Part shown: in pieces, positions 14,005-27,780 of the stretch | Position numbering within the stretch: position 1 is the stretch's first letter | How the letters are laid out: each line of letters begins with the position of its first letter | Assembly: GCF_963921235.1 (NCBI RefSeq) | Contig: NC_086097.1 | Coordinates: 152,088,001 to 152,152,000, forward strand | Length of the DNA: 64,000 nucleotides | Direction: 5' to 3' | Origin: Mobula hypostoma | Taxonomy: Eukaryota | Notes under the pieces: generated by a model | Databases searched by the model: none | The model's input: only the letters and a program-made list of their open reading frames with translations | What the model was told of the DNA's origin: nothing | Program-made: the position numbers and the translations under genes

Positions 14005-14305
14005 CGCAGTTGTGTAGCAGTTAGCGTGATGCTACTACAGCTCGGGGCATTCCAGAGGTTAGAGTTCAATTCCAGCACCGTTCTGTAAGGAGTCACTGTA
14101 TGTCCACCTCGTGCAATACGTGGGTTTTCCCCGAGTGCTCCAGTTTCCTCCCACAGTCCAAAGACATACCGGGTAGGTTAATTCGTCTTTGTAAAATTGT
14201 CCAGTGATTAGGTTATGGTTAATTGAGGTTCTGGGGCTGCTGGGGCGATGTAGCTCAAAGGACTGGAAGAGGCGATTCCACAAAGTATCCTTAAAAAAAT
14301 AAATT
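14005..14305 (+). mobile_element. V-SINE (HE1-like)
   Basis: A/B-box-like head (gagttcaattcc) plus V-domain gtgggttttccccgagtgctccagtttcctcccacagtccaaagac. Confidence 0.8.
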
Positions 14306-14389
14306 TATTGAAGGCACATATATGTTGGTAGGAAAGAGAGCTGTGAAGATATGTGCAGACTACAAAGGGAAATAAAGTTGGTTGTGTAA

Positions 14390-15330
14390 TCAAGTAATTA
14401 GCTGGCAGATGGAGGATCGTGAAAGAAAACATGTAATAGCTCACTTTGGCAGGAAGAATAAAAAACTCCAGATAGAATGCCGAGGGATCTGAGTGCCAGA
14501 AGATTAATATGTAGATGCAGTGAATAATTAAGAAAGTGAGAACAATGCTACTTGGTATTCAGATGGGAATTGAATGCAGAAGGAGGATTGTGCTTGAGTT
14601 ATGTAAGACATTGGTGAGACCACTACTCTGTGCAGTATTGGTCTTATTAGAGGAAATACATGGAAGCAAATCAGTGAAAGTTTACTGAACCAATATATAG
14701 AATAGATTAAGGAAAAGGTAGACTTAAGGAAAGTTTAGAAGAGTGAAATGGGACTAGTTTAAAACGTAAGATCTGGGAGAGGACTGGTGGATCACTGTTT
14801 CAACATAAGGGATTATCCATGGACAGATACAAAATGCAGATAGTCACTTTTTTTCCAGGTGGAAATATCAAACATCAGAGTTAATAACTTTAGGGTAAGA
14901 GGGGGAAAATTTAAAGGAGATTTGTGAGATGAAATTTACATAGAGTGGTAGGGGCTTAAAACACAGCAGGTGAGGTGGTAGAAGAGATGTGATAGCAATT
15001 TTTAAGAAGCATGTGGGTAGACATATGGCAGAGAATAGAGAAATTGCAGATCAAGTACACGCAGTCTAAATTGGCATCATGGTCAGCATGATCACAGTGG
15101 GATAAATGACCTGTTCATGTAATGTAGTGTTATTCTGTATTCTATGTAAAATATAATGTCTTCTTTCAGAGGTCTTATCTCCATAAGAAGTAGTGGAAGG
15201 AAAGACTATGAGTATGTTAAGGGTAGATGTAGATAAATAATATGCAAAATGATTAAAAAGTTATCACTAGTAAACAGGAATGTGAAGTTGTAGTTCCAAT
15301 CACATCAGCATAATATTAAAAGGCAGATCG
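14390..15330 (+). mobile_element. Old CR1 3' fragments (at least two, nested)
   Basis: Degenerate HFGR.N and KTLVRP coding remnants; CR1-type tail near 15145. Confidence 0.6.
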
Positions 15331-15349
15331 GTTTGAGGGGTTGGCTGTG

Positions 15350-16258
15350 TCTGCTCTGGTTGTTAGTTCACAGTGCCCTATGGTTATCAGGAGCTGTCCA
15401 TACTGCAAAGTCGTCTGGACATTGCCACACTATCTGTCCTTTGTGGGAAAGTTCTTCCAGACCAACACCTTTAACCAGCATGGGATATCATGCAGACACT
15501 GCAGGAGAAGAACCCAATGGGCACAGTGGGGTGGATCCCTGAGCAGACCAGCCAGACAATCTGGCAGAATGCCTCACTGCTGGATCTCAGCAACAGGCAC
15601 CAGACCTTGCCTGCCTGGCAGTGAGAGGGGGCCCCCCAGTCAGATCCTGCCTGCATGCCTGGACCATTACTTCCACTGCGGGATGATGGCAGGGTGACGG
15701 TGGTGGGAATGAGGCACTTGCCGCCATGGATTTGTGAAAAGGGTGTACAGAAAGATGCAAGGACCTGTGTCACAGTTAACTCTGAGCAGCTGAGTGACAG
15801 AGGACTTTCTGATCTACAGGCTGTTCCCAGGGGCACGCATAATCACAGACGTCATGAGTGCTGCTGGCAGATCATCAGCTTGGCGAAAGATGCTCTTTGG
15901 TCGGCCTGAACACCGCACATCAAGAGGTTTGTATTGGAATGCTGCTGACGGCACATTCCAGGCTGCGGGAGTACATGCTGAAGCTTGGGGCAGTCACCGC
16001 AATGCCCGGTGGGGGAGAAACCACAGTTTAAGCTTCTCCCTTTACTGGACAGGGAGGGACCAGGGTTGGGTGAGGAATTCTCTCAATTATTGTAGAAGTG
16101 CATCACCCCAGGGGCCCATTTGAGTGGCAACAGTCCTATTGGTCTTGAGGAATGCAATGGAAATCTACTTAAAGCATTGACTAATGAAAAAGACTGCACG
16201 ATTTATCCTTGTAAATAATGCTTTATTATGAATAAAGTTTACTTTGATATAAAAAAAG
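15350..16258 (+). mobile_element. Tx1/L1-clade LINE 3' remnant
   Basis: Translations contain IISLAKDALWSA and DHYFHC, typical of the Tx1 ORF2 C-terminus; ends AATAAA plus A-rich tail at ~16230-16258. Confidence 0.7.
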
Positions 16259-16406
16259 CAAGATGTGCTGTCTGGGGATTCAAGGCTTGGAATCTTTTCC
16301 ATTGGGAGCCAATATTCCTCTATCAGTCATTCAGCAACCAGCAGTGCAGAACTATCTGCATGTACTGGCACAGACAAGTAACAAGCATTAGAAATTGCAC
16401 AGGGGT

Positions 16407-17040
16407 GATTAGATTAGATTATGAGGACACACAGTCCTCTTTTATTGTCATTTAGTAATGCATGCATTAAGAAATGATACAATATTCCTCCAGTTGATAT
16501 CACAGAAACACAGGACAGACCACGACTGAAAAACTGACAAAAACCACGTAATTATAACATATAGTTACAACAGTGCAAGCAATACCATAACTTGATGAAG
16601 AACAGGCCATGGGCACGGTAAAAATAAGTTCAAAGTCTCTCGAAAGACCCACATCTCACGCAGACGGGAGAAGGAAGAAAACTCTGTCTGCTATGCCCGA
16701 CCACAGTCCGACTCTGAGTCATTTGAAAATTTCAAGTCTCCAACCAGCCCTCTGATACCAAACACTGACCACCATCCCTGCCGAACGCTTCGACCCCAAC
16801 CCTGGCCGTCAGCAACAGGCAAAGCCAAGTATTTTGGGGCCTTCCCTCTGGAGATTCTCAATCGCACAGTAGCAGTGGCAGCGAACCGGGCATTTCTGAA
16901 GTTTCTCCAGATGTTCCGCTGTGCTTCTCACGGCTGTCTCCATCAAATCAGAATTGTGCACGGTACACTATTTAACAATTATGATTATCATTTCACCGGA
17001 AAGGCTGCGCGCGCTGCGTCGCGCCACCATCTTCTCCTCC
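16407..17040 (-). mobile_element. Non-autonomous AAGATGG-headed retroposon, copy 2
   Basis: End-to-end similarity to 6060-6746 and 43606-44267; (AGATT)n on the plus strand at 16407; head motif reads AAGATGGTGGCG in this copy. Confidence 0.85.
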
Positions 17041-17214
17041 TGCCTCTAAATTGATTAGTTTAAGTCTGCAAGCAATTTGGTATGATTTCATGTAGAAATT
17101 TAGGTTTCCTATTGTATTAGCTTTTATTTTTGCTTTTTAACCAAGGGAATGTTGTGAAAGTAAGTACTGGAGGAAAAAACAAATGGTGGAACCAGTAACG
17201 AATGGAAGGAGTAG

Positions 17215-18655
17215 TATGATGGATACCTAACCATCAGCTTGAGGTCTGGATCATTGATCCAGTGACATGAGTTCAAATCTCAGAATGCTAAAGGAGAATT
17301 TATGTAAAACAAATAAACAGATAAAACAAATAAATCTGAAGTTAATAAACAGTACCTATGAATTTACCAGTGTTTATAATCATCCTTAATTTCTAATGTG
17401 TTTTTAGGGAAGGAAGCCTGCCTTGCTTACCTGGTCTGGCATATGTGTGACTCAACAGTCAACAATACCAGCAACTGTTATTGGACTACAATTCAGCATT
17501 CAACATCATAATACCCCCAGGCTTGACAAGAAGCTCAGAAACTTTGGCCTTCACCCTGCCTTGTGCAGCTGGATCCTGGATGGTCTGCAGGTGGTAATAG
17601 TGGGCTCCCTCACCTCTGCCCCTCTGACCCTCAACACAAGAGCTCCTCCTGGCTGTGACCTAAGCCCCCTCCTTTACTCCCTGTATACCCATGACTGTGT
17701 CGCCACCCACAGCTCTAATCTGCTAATTAAATTTGCAGATGATACTACCTTGATTGGCGTTATCTCAAATAATAACAAGGCAGCCTACAGAGAAGAAGTC
17801 ATCTCCCTGACACAGTGGTGTCAAGAAAACGACCTCTCCCTCAACGTCGCAAAAACAAAGGAGCTGGTTGTGGATTACAGGAGGAACAGATACAGGATCA
17901 CCCCTATTGGCATCAATGGATCTGGGGTCGAGAGGGTGAACAGCTTTTCAGTTCCTTGGTATACACATCACTGAGGATCTCACTTGGTCTGTACATTCCG
18001 GCTGTGTGGTGAAAAAAGCGCAAAAGCCTATCTTTCACTTCAGAGGTTGAAGAAGTTTGGCATGAGTGCCCAAATCCTAAGGACTTTCTACAGGGGCACA
18101 ATTGAGAGCATCCTAACTGGCTGTATCACTGCCTTGTATTAGAACTGTGCTTCCTCTGCAGAGGGTGGTGCAGACAGCATATTGCTTCTGTGGATGTGAA
18201 CTTCCTGCTATTCAGGACATTTACAGCAACAGGTGCATAAAAAGGGCACAAAGGATCATTGGGGACCCGAGTCTCCCCAACCACAAACAGCTCCAGCCGC
18301 TACCATCCAGGAAACGGTACCGCAGCATTAAAGCCAGGACCAACAGGCTCCAGGACAGCTTCTTCTACTAGGCCATCAGACTGATTAATTCACGCCGATA
18401 GTAATTCTTAGCTATATTGACTGGTCTGTTGTATATCTTACTGTACATACTATTTGTTACACATTACTATAATTTGCATATTGCACATTCAGACAGAGAC
18501 ATCACGTAAAGATTTTTACTCCTCATGTATGTGAAGGATGTAAGAAATAAAGTCAACTGAATTGAATTCAATTCATCTCTAAAGTGCTTCCCTTGTCCAG
18601 GACATATTAAGGATGGACAATGGAGACTTGCCTGCCATGTCCACATTTGTGAAGG
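17215..18655 (+). mobile_element. Old tRNA-derived SINE (17215-17470 plus tail 18575-18655), split by a Rex/Babar insertion
   Basis: B-box gagttcaaatc at ~17269; tttagggaaggaag...ttacctggtctggcatatgtgtgactc; tail attaaggatggacaat...ccacatttgtgaa resumes after the LINE. Confidence 0.55.
17480..18575 (+). mobile_element. Rex1/Babar LINE, 5'-truncated
   Basis: ORF 17423-17974 (LSPLLYSLYTHDC, KFADDTT, LNVAKTKELVVDYRR) and 18147-18371; tail aataaagtcaactgaattgaattcaattca. Confidence 0.9.
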
Positions 18656-19650
18656 GTACTGGGATTGAAATGACTGGTATCAAACCTGATTTAGCTTGTC
18701 ATTTATTATCTGGGCAGAAGTGGGTTATCACGGCAGCAGTCTCCCTTCCTCTACCTTCACCTTTTCACTAAGTGTTTGTTTTCTCAGTACTGGCAGCCTG
18801 TTATCTGTGATATCTAATCATTTGACCATAACTGTCTATCCCAACAGAAACCTGGGAAATGTCAGAAAACATGTGATCTGCCTGCTTTCTGTGTGTCCTT
18901 GTTGAAAAGAATCTGAAGAAAGCTACCTCTTTCCATTTCCCTTAACCTTTGGGTGTTGACAACATGACATTCACCTCACCCTTAACAATGTTCTTGCAGC
19001 TTTCTCCTAACTCCCAGATTACAGCATTGCTCATTCCTGCTTCTCTTTCAATCACATAATTTTTTATGGAAACCTTAGTCTATAGCTCACATTTTAATTT
19101 TTGACAGTAATTTCAATTCTGAGTGACACTGTAAAGTAGAGATACAAAGTGCCTATTGAATACTGAACCCTATTTCCCTTACATCAGACATTAATGGATG
19201 AAAAAACCTATCCACTTAGTGGCCAATCTAATACTGTTCTATTGTCAGCACTTCAAGCGAACTTCTCTGTGAACAAATACTAAAAGAGATACCTGGCATC
19301 TCTTCTGAGTATTTGTAGTTCTTCCTTCCCCTCTTGTACAGTTGTGAAATTTATTTTCAGACTTGATGCTTTAAGCAACCTCTGCAAATTGCACTCTCCA
19401 TCATTAGATTACAAACCTCAGACATTTATAATTGGCCAAAATGCATGACCAGTTAGTGGTAGTAACCGTTCCTGACTTCCATACCTACAAACAGCAGTGA
19501 GGAGGTCAGGGAGCTATTGGAGGTCGGTTGTATGCTCACCTGGCTTCTCTTTCCACCTCAGCGTTAAATCCATGGGCGTTCTCGAAGTTACAGACTCAAG
19601 AAAAGTGGCCTTGTTCATTTGAATTAGACAGTTTATCTTCATTTAAGAGT

Positions 19651-20490
19651 TGTGACGCCAAACAAAGCTATCGGACGATTGATGCTAATGAAAGAGATAA
19701 GAGAGACAATGGAGGAATGTTCAAAATGCTAATAAGAGAGAAGAGAGGGATTAACGGAAAAGAAACACAATTCAGAATATTGACAGACAGGTTACTTTGA
19801 ACCTGAACTGTTTGAAGTTTGATGGACAGGTGATACCCCAGCAGGGGGATGAAAAGAGCAGGTTCGCTAAGGCACACCACGACACCATGACACCACGATA
19901 CAATGAGACCCTGGAAAGAGCGGTGTGCCCCCACAAGTGGTGGGAGCTTGGAGGTCCAGTTCGCGGGAACCGACCAGAGGCTCACAGGGTGTAAAGGTAC
20001 GATCGGTGGGAACCTAGGGTGTGTGTCCGCCCTTGCCTGGGTGCCAGGTTCACCGCGGAAGAACGATCGTATCCGGAACGGAGCGGTCACAGTGGGTGAC
20101 CACAGTGGGATAGAAGACATAAAAGGTTCGGCCTGAAACCAACTGCGAAGTCATCAAAGGTCTGTCTGATCCAAATTCCATCCCTCTCTCTCTCTCCAAT
20201 GGTACCACAACAGTGATTACTGCGAACTGCACTAAACTGAACTGAACTCTGCGTCACTTAAGCCTGATCATTTTACCCCTAGACTGCGATAGAGCTTGGT
20301 TGATTCCTATTACCCTAGTTCTGTGTATATGTGTGTATTATCATTGCTAACCTGTCACATTTATATCCTTACGGTTAGAGTACTGTATTACTTAGTTCTT
20401 TAATAAAGCTTTATTAGTCCCTAGTAATCCAGACTCCAACGAGTGTTCCATTTCTGCTGGTTTGGCAACCCAGTTACGGGGTACGTAACA
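19651..20490 (+). mobile_element. Solo LTR (Gypsy/ERV-type), 840 bp
   Basis: TGTGACG...CGTAACA imperfect terminal inverted repeat; flanks GAGT (19647-19650) and GAGC (20491-20494) form a 4-bp TSD with one mismatch; AATAAA at 20402; CpG-richer than flanks. Confidence 0.8.
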
Positions 20491-23400
20491 GAGCTTAGAT
20501 GGTTTTAATTAGTTTTTCAATATTTCATCGTTTTAATTAACAGTTCAAAGCATTTAAAATGCATGACCTCAAAATGTATTATTTTAATTGTTTGTTTTAC
20601 CCCTTCCAATTTCAAAATATGTTTAAAACAATGCTGCTGATAAGACAGGTTTTCAGGCCACTTCACTGAGCATGACCTTACTTTGTACCACCTGCAGCTG
20701 AGTTACAGTTGCTGGCTGACTCAGCCTTGTGCAGTAACTGAAGCAGAAATAGCTGCAGGACCCTCGGAGTGATTGGCCTGTGCAGCTACAGTGATGGGGG
20801 TGAATGTAAGACACAGGCCAGTCAGCACAAAATGACCCAACGGGCAGATCATTCCATTGTAGGGTACTAATTACACAGAAACAACCCATTCAGCCTACTA
20901 TGTGGGGGCCAGTCAAAAAATAATGTTACCCCACCTTCTAGTACTAGGTTCATCATTCTGCAGGCACAGGATTCTAGTACCCACCAAATGACATTTAAAT
21001 ATGTGGAGAAGGTCTGTCACTTTCATCGTTTCATGCAGCAAGTTAAAGACTATTTCTGAGCAAGAGCCCCCTCTAATCTTTTGATCAACTGCTTTTAACT
21101 TTTGGAAACTTAGTTGAGAGAAATGCATCTTTCCTAAACACTCCGTTGATTTTATCCAATTCTTCCCTCGGGGAATTTTCCTGACCTGACAGTACCTTTT
21201 TAATTTACCTCTCCAGTGTAATGAGGTAATCTTTATGTAGTGTTCTCCCTAAATAAACCACTAAAGAATCATTATTCCAGGTGCATTGTGATTAGTTGCC
21301 TCTAATTAAGTCAAACTCCTGAGAATTAAAGTCGATGTTGCTGACAGTCATTATTTATATTAAGCAAAGCTTCTCAGCCCGGAGTTTCCCTGTGCTGCAT
21401 TCTTTCCTTTGCAATATATGGAAAATCAGTGCAAAGAAAACTAAATATGTGCCAAGAAATATGATAATTGAAATTTCCACAATTATATGCACTAGTAAAC
21501 AAGCAATGGATTAATTGTTGAACCCCCTGCACCAAAATAGTTGAGTACCTACATTACATTGAAATAATTATGATGTTGAGTGTCTATTTACAGGGCTTTT
21601 GTGGGCTCTTAAAATTAAGCCTCCTTCTAAATTCCTCGTAGACATAGTTGAAGAGCTTTTAATTTACTATGAAATTGCTGCTGAAGTGTAACTTGTAAAT
21701 AATTCTCTGGTTTTATAAACTCATTTTCAGTTATTTTAGGTTGTGCTTGTGGCACATGATAGATGGACATCGATGAAGAATAGGTTATTTTCATAATACT
21801 GAAAAAAATTTTGAACCTTTTAATCCAAATTTGTCAATTTACCTGTTTTTAAAATATATGTAAAACCTTAACTTAAATGTTATTTTGGAGAAACATTGAT
21901 GACAACTCTGCAAAACTGGATTGATTCATGGAAGATTTATTATCTGCAATATGCATGGACTGGATAAAATGCATCGAGTGAATGGCTAATGCAAAGGACT
22001 GCGTAAATTTGAATTGTCCTGGGTATAAGTTATTTCTTGAGTGAAAGTTGAACAAAAATAAATCTTGCACAATTTTGTTACAATTATTAGTCAAATTGCT
22101 TATTGCTCCCCCAGCAACAACGAATCATGACCCTGGCGCTCATCATTACGAGGAAATCCTTGCCTTTATTTCGCTTGATTTGTTCCATTGACCTCAGGTT
22201 CACCTCTCCCAGAATGAACTGATAGTTAAGTCCCAGTTGGAATTCATTGTAAATTAGTCCTACTGTCAAAACAGATCAGAGAGTGCTATGCAAAAAGATA
22301 TTTCCATTTCTCATCAATTGTTTATGGATATACACCCACGTTCAGAGATTAAAACACAAATGAAATAGTCCATTAAGCCATCCATTACATGAAGGTTATG
22401 CTCAGTCATCATGCTGATAAACCCAGTGTCTATTTGTCAACCTTGGATCTTGCATCAATGTGGTAAAATTAAAGTCTTTATACTCTTAACATTGGAAAAA
22501 TAAAAGGGAAACACACAGCAGGCTTCTCTTTCAGATCATGGTTAAGAACAAAAAATTGTGGCACAGAATGAAAGAAAGAAGTGCTAGAATGCCTCATAGA
22601 AAGGTAATCAAATGTAGAACTGACTTTGGACCAAACAGGCGACAAAGAGTTAGCACTCAACTATCTGCTCCAATACATAGGTTGCAAGAAACACTTTGAA
22701 TAAGGAAAGACAGTTGGGAGTCCCAAGGTTGTGAAAGGAACTGTATTAAAGCAAGTTCTTTCTTTCTTTCGGGGGCTAAATTGCATTCTCTGTTCTCCCA
22801 CCTTGTTTAATAGAGGGGTCTCTGTAACCTGACCTTGCCAATTTAAATGAGGAGGTTATGCTGTGAAATATGAATCTGTCATTCTATCTGCTATTTCTAT
22901 GTCAGATTTAGAGCATAGGTGTGATTTCTTTTTCCCTTTTATAACTTCAAACTGTGAGGAACTGTGCAGCTCATCAATCTATTACTCTGACAGGATGCAT
23001 TCTTTTAAAGTTGTCAGCTTATGGAGACTGAGATTTGTCAGCACCAAAAGTGACACAAAGTACAAATACATTTAAAGTGCCAAAATTGTATTTTCAGAAT
23101 GGCATAATATTAAGTGGATAAATCTTTAAATGAGTGAAGGTGTTCACTTAGAAATTTGTCCTTGTATGCATCATCATTACACTTCATTTCTGCCACTATT
23201 TCAGGCCTGCAGAACAACATGCTGCTATTGCTATGTTAAATGAAGTTAGCACCAATGAGGACTGAGTGAACTGGTTTGTTCTTGCTGGGATTGCTTTTGG
23301 GCAGTCCTCCATCCTTTAATACTACTAAAATTGCTACTTTTCAAGTTACTAAGTAAGAAGTCCAACACTAATGGTGCCCATTTCCTTGTTGTCTGGAGAA

Positions 23401-24579
23401 ACATTGTGACAATTCCTCCCATTATCTTTTTCCCAAAACAGATAGCTAACTTTCTTTTTTTTCTTGTTCCTAAGTATTGATTTTATGGCTATGTAGTCTT
23501 CCCTATACCCATGTCTAAAATTAATATGTACAAAACTTGGAGGAATTGCTTATTCAAGATTGTTCATGTTTCCTTGCCTTGAATGTAATTAAAGTGGGTA
23601 TGAAATGAAATCTTGGCTTACTTCTATGAACAGAGTAAGGATGACACTCATTGTTATTAAGAGTAAATCAGAAAACAACTTCTGATGCTCTCGCACATAC
23701 GTTTAAGTGCAGAAATCTGGAAGCTGCTGTCAATCACAGACCTATTTAATACTAAAACTAATGCATTGCCATGATGCTGGAATACTCACCTATCAGATGA
23801 CCTGTAAGGAAGCTGGAAAAGATTGGGGTGGCTTCATTGTGAAAAATAGTTTCTAAAGGTGTGGTTAGTGATAAAATATCAAATTCCCTAGCCTGAGAAG
23901 TTAATATATAAATGTGGAAACTTTTACTTGAAGTTGAAGTGCAGGCTTTATTTGAAATAAAATTTACATTTCTCTCACTTAATTTCATCTGTATTTCCCA
24001 ATGCTTATTTCATTTTTTGCCTTATACTTCTTGATTTAATCTCTAATGCTTATTTCCATTTGATAAAATAGTGCCTATTTTCCATAGGCAAATTGCACAT
24101 AAAGAACTGGTCAGAACATATGAGGGATAATTTCTTGGTAACATAGCATATATCAAGAAATTAGCCTGTGCACATTTACATACAATTCACCTCAGTGATC
24201 CCTGAAGCATTCCTGGTATCAGTTATTACACCTAATAATGCCACAAGTTATCCATTACATGCTTCCTCCACTTGTGAAATAAATTAAAGTTTTTATGCAT
24301 GACGCACAACTTTCATTGAAAACGCAAGGGAAAAAGTTCTATGGCATCTGCATGGATGGTCCGTTCAAAGTCTAATGATCTGATGGCAACAATTGGGCTT
24401 GAGGAATTTTCATTCAACTTCTATTAGGAACTGTGTGTAGCTCATTTTACTGCATAATTCTGGGTGTAGGCTTCCACAAAGATGTTTCCAATGTATTTTT
24501 GTCCATTATCAGAATTTTTCTGTGGTATCTATGCGGCTATTAATGCCATGTGCAAAAAATGTAAAAGGCATTGAGGAAG

Positions 24580-24780
24580 GTTCAAAGGCGAAGTTGAATT
24601 TATTATCATGTGCATAATACGCAATGAAAACCTTATTTACAATGAGAATCTTGCAGTAGCATCACAGACACATAGCACCATATAGGCAGCATTCCCAAAA
24701 CATAAACAAATTATACACATTTTTTTCAGGAAAACACACAATTAGAATGAAAAATCTCCACTTTAATGCCAAGTGAAATT
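24580..24780 (-). mobile_element. Rex/Babar-type 3' tail fragment
   Basis: gttcaaag...gaatttattatc...caatga...cttgcagtagcatcacag pattern resembles other Rex tails in the window. Confidence 0.5.
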
Positions 24781-25564
24781 CATTTCCTATGTGCAAGTGA
24801 CTGTGTAGTGCTTTATTGCTGCTTTCTAGTGTACAAATTCTCGATGTTGAAGTGGTAATGCGTCATACCAGAACAAGCGCTGAATTAGGGTATGGCAGAT
24901 TTTGAATATATCGATGACTGAATTGATGTTGGTTAGCTGATTCAGGACAGATGGGTACTTACTGCTTGGCTTAGACACACTGGACTGAAAGGCCTTTTCT
25001 GTGTTGTATCTCCCTATGACTCTCTTACTGTTTGAAATTAGAAGGAAAACTGGTTTCATGGAGTCCCCTAAGGAGTGCGAGTTGAATTGCCCACTGCCCT
25101 ATTAAATTGATACTAGGATTTTGATTGCACTCTAAATTTATAGCCATGGCTATTTGGACATCATCATTTTTATCTAAAGAAAAATAAGTGACTGGAACCG
25201 TAGTAAAATTTTCCAGCAGTATGTTGCATGGAAAAAGAAATATTGGAAACAAGAGGCCTAATCTTCCCTTGTGGAATCTAATATTAAGATGAATGTTAAG
25301 ATCTCTCATTGGTTTTACTCCTCTTCTAAGTTGAGTTAATCTGGCAAGAAAGCCTCTTTGGTTTCTATGATTAGTGGGAACACAGTCTTGTCAGGGACCA
25401 GTAACGATATTGGATCTTAACTGCATTTTTTTGAAAAGAAAGTACTGGGTTCAGGAAGATGCACCTTCTTCATCCTTAGATTGTCACTTAAGGATTTAGA
25501 TGGTACAAAGGAGGATATGCTAAAATTACTCGATTGCTATTATATTTTTAATACTATAATTAAC

Positions 25565-25851
25565 TCCCCTCCCCCTCTCTTTCTTCTAAGGCCTTCTGTC
25601 CCATGATAATCCCCCTTCTCTAGCCTTGTATCCCTTTTGCCAATCAACTTTCAAGCTCTTATATTCATCCCTCCCCCTCCTGTCTTTTCCTATCATTTCA
25701 GGTCTCCCCCCTCCCCCTCCCAGTTTCAAATCTCTTACTATCTCTTTTTTCCATTAGTCCTGATGAAGGGTCTCAACCCAAAACGTCGACTGTACTTCTT
25801 CCTATAGATGCTGCCTGGCCTGCTGCGTTCACCAGGATTTTGTGTGTGTTA
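25565..25851 (+). mobile_element. Penelope-like element pLTR fragment with degenerate hammerhead motif
   Basis: Similar to 61268-61503; agtc-ctgatga-agggtctcaaccc-Aaaacgtc-gact at 25756-25791 (GAAA changed to AAAA). Confidence 0.8.
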
Positions 25852-26127
25852 CTTGCTTTTTACTTGGCAGGTTTTGTTAAAATCAACATTACTGATTAAT
25901 ACTCTGACTGGGTTTTAAATAATTTGTGCTTCTTAACCATGCAGGGATTTAAACTGAGAAGACCTTCAGTTTGAACTTCATAGTCTTCATTACGTTCAGT
26001 CATCTTCTGAAATACAGTGTGCATGATATTGTGTAAAGGAGTCCCACCACATATTACACTAATATTGTGAAGAAAATCACAGCATCTTCACTTGGAATTT
26101 GACTGATTATCATTACATACTAATGGG

Positions 26128-26580
26128 AAACACAAGAGACTACAGATGCTGAAATACAGAACTACTGTAAAAACAAAATACTGGAGGAACTCAGTGGGTC
26201 AGGCAGTATCTGTGGAGGGAAATGGACAGTCAACACTTCCAGTTGAGACCCTTCATTCAGAATGAATATCCTCTGTTGTACTTCTGTAGCAGAGAGCTTG
26301 CCAGTATAAGGAGATGAAGGATCAAATGCTTCCATGCTGGATCCAGGTGTAGATAGGAAAGGGGAGAGTGGAAAAAGTGACAAGAGGCTGGGAGATGGTA
26401 GGTGGCGGAAACAAGGGGCTGCAAATGATGTAATTTGATAGGAAAGTAGGGTGGAGCATGGAAACAAATAAGAGAGATGGGATAAGAAGATGGACAGAGG
26501 GGACCCATGAGGATTGTGTGGATGATGAGCAGATAGAGTAACTAGAGGTGGGGAACAAGACAGGAAGATTGGGGGCTGGG
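26128..26580 (-). mobile_element. Older Penelope-like pLTR fragment
   Basis: cagatgctg...gaggaactcagtgggtcaggcagtatctgtggaggg...gagacccttcat, homologous to the left arm of 60954-61506. Confidence 0.7.
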
Positions 26581-26581
26581 G

Positions 26582-26745
26582 ATTTATTTATTTATTTATT
26601 CATGTTTTTATAACTACTGTGTGGAACAGGTTCTTCCAGCCAATGAGTTGCACTGTCCACCAAACCAACTGTGTAACATTAACCTAATCACAGGACAATT
26701 TACAAAGACCAATTAACCTATTAACTGGTACATCTTTGGGCTGTG
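26582..26745 (-). mobile_element. V-SINE 3' part
   Basis: (TTTA)n tail, then caggacaatttaca...ccaattaaccta...ggtacatctttgg, antisense to the SINE at 14005. Confidence 0.65.
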
Positions 26746-27539
26746 GCATTATATTGAGTGTGTGTTGGAAGCAGTGGGTTGATGAGAAGAGACAAAAAGG
26801 GCCAAGGCGAAATGTGACTCAGTAATTATTTTCTTGCCATTCATACAGGTATTTGCCAATCTTGCTTGTTTTAGGATTTAATCTTGGTTGACCTTTAAGT
26901 ACAGTAACTTGTCTGTTGATGCAAGTCTTATGGCAAAATAACAAAGTATTTATTAGTGATCAAAGAACTAGTATTTTTTCAGCTGATAGTATTAAGACTT
27001 TGACCATTCTTTGCCCCCTTTATCCCTGCTGGCTGATCTACTGAGTTCCTTGAGCAACTTGTTTATTTGGCCTATATTCTAATCTTAGCAGTCTCTTGTG
27101 TCAAACATTATTGAAGACCCATTAACGTGGTATATATGTTATAGATGCTTGTGTGTTATTAGTGACAAAACTGGCTGCTTACACTGCTAATGTTAGAATA
27201 GTGATTCAGAATAATTAATTAGTTATAAGACACTTTATGTCAAGTAAAACTCTACTCAAAAGAAGCAGAAAAGCTGCATCTTCTCGGGTACATTTAGCTT
27301 TGGCTGTTTTATTATTGTATTGTCTCCAAGTTTCCGGGAACTTGCATGAATAAGTGTGCTGTCAGTTCAATAGAGAGCAAAGAAATAAAGATCATGAATT
27401 GACTGTATGGTCAAAGGAATCCCAATCATGAGCTCAGCACAAGTCAAGCTAATTTATCAGTGTCACTATTGTAATTCAAGAAAAGTGGCAACAAAATTCT
27501 GTGCAACAAGATTCCATTAAAAAAATTGTATACGTGCCA

Positions 27540-27780
27540 GAAATCTGTCTTAGTAATGTTGGTTGAGGGATAAATATTGTTTAGGATAATTGATAACCTC
27601 CTCTATTCTTCTTCATTAAAATACTAGACATCACTGTGGTTATATCTTGGTCTTAGACTAGTTTAAAAGGTTGGCACAACATCGTGAACTAAAAGATTAT
27701 GCTGTAATGTTCAATGCTCTAAAATGCCCCATCTGAAAGACTACCTTCACTATCTATGGCTCTTTCAGTACTTCATTAAG
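27540..27780 (-). mobile_element. Ancient Deu-domain SINE remnant (AmnSINE1/SacSINE1-like)
   Basis: atgttggttgagggataaatattg...ctattcttctt and catctgaaagact...cagtact resemble the antisense Deu domain as I recall it. Confidence 0.5.
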
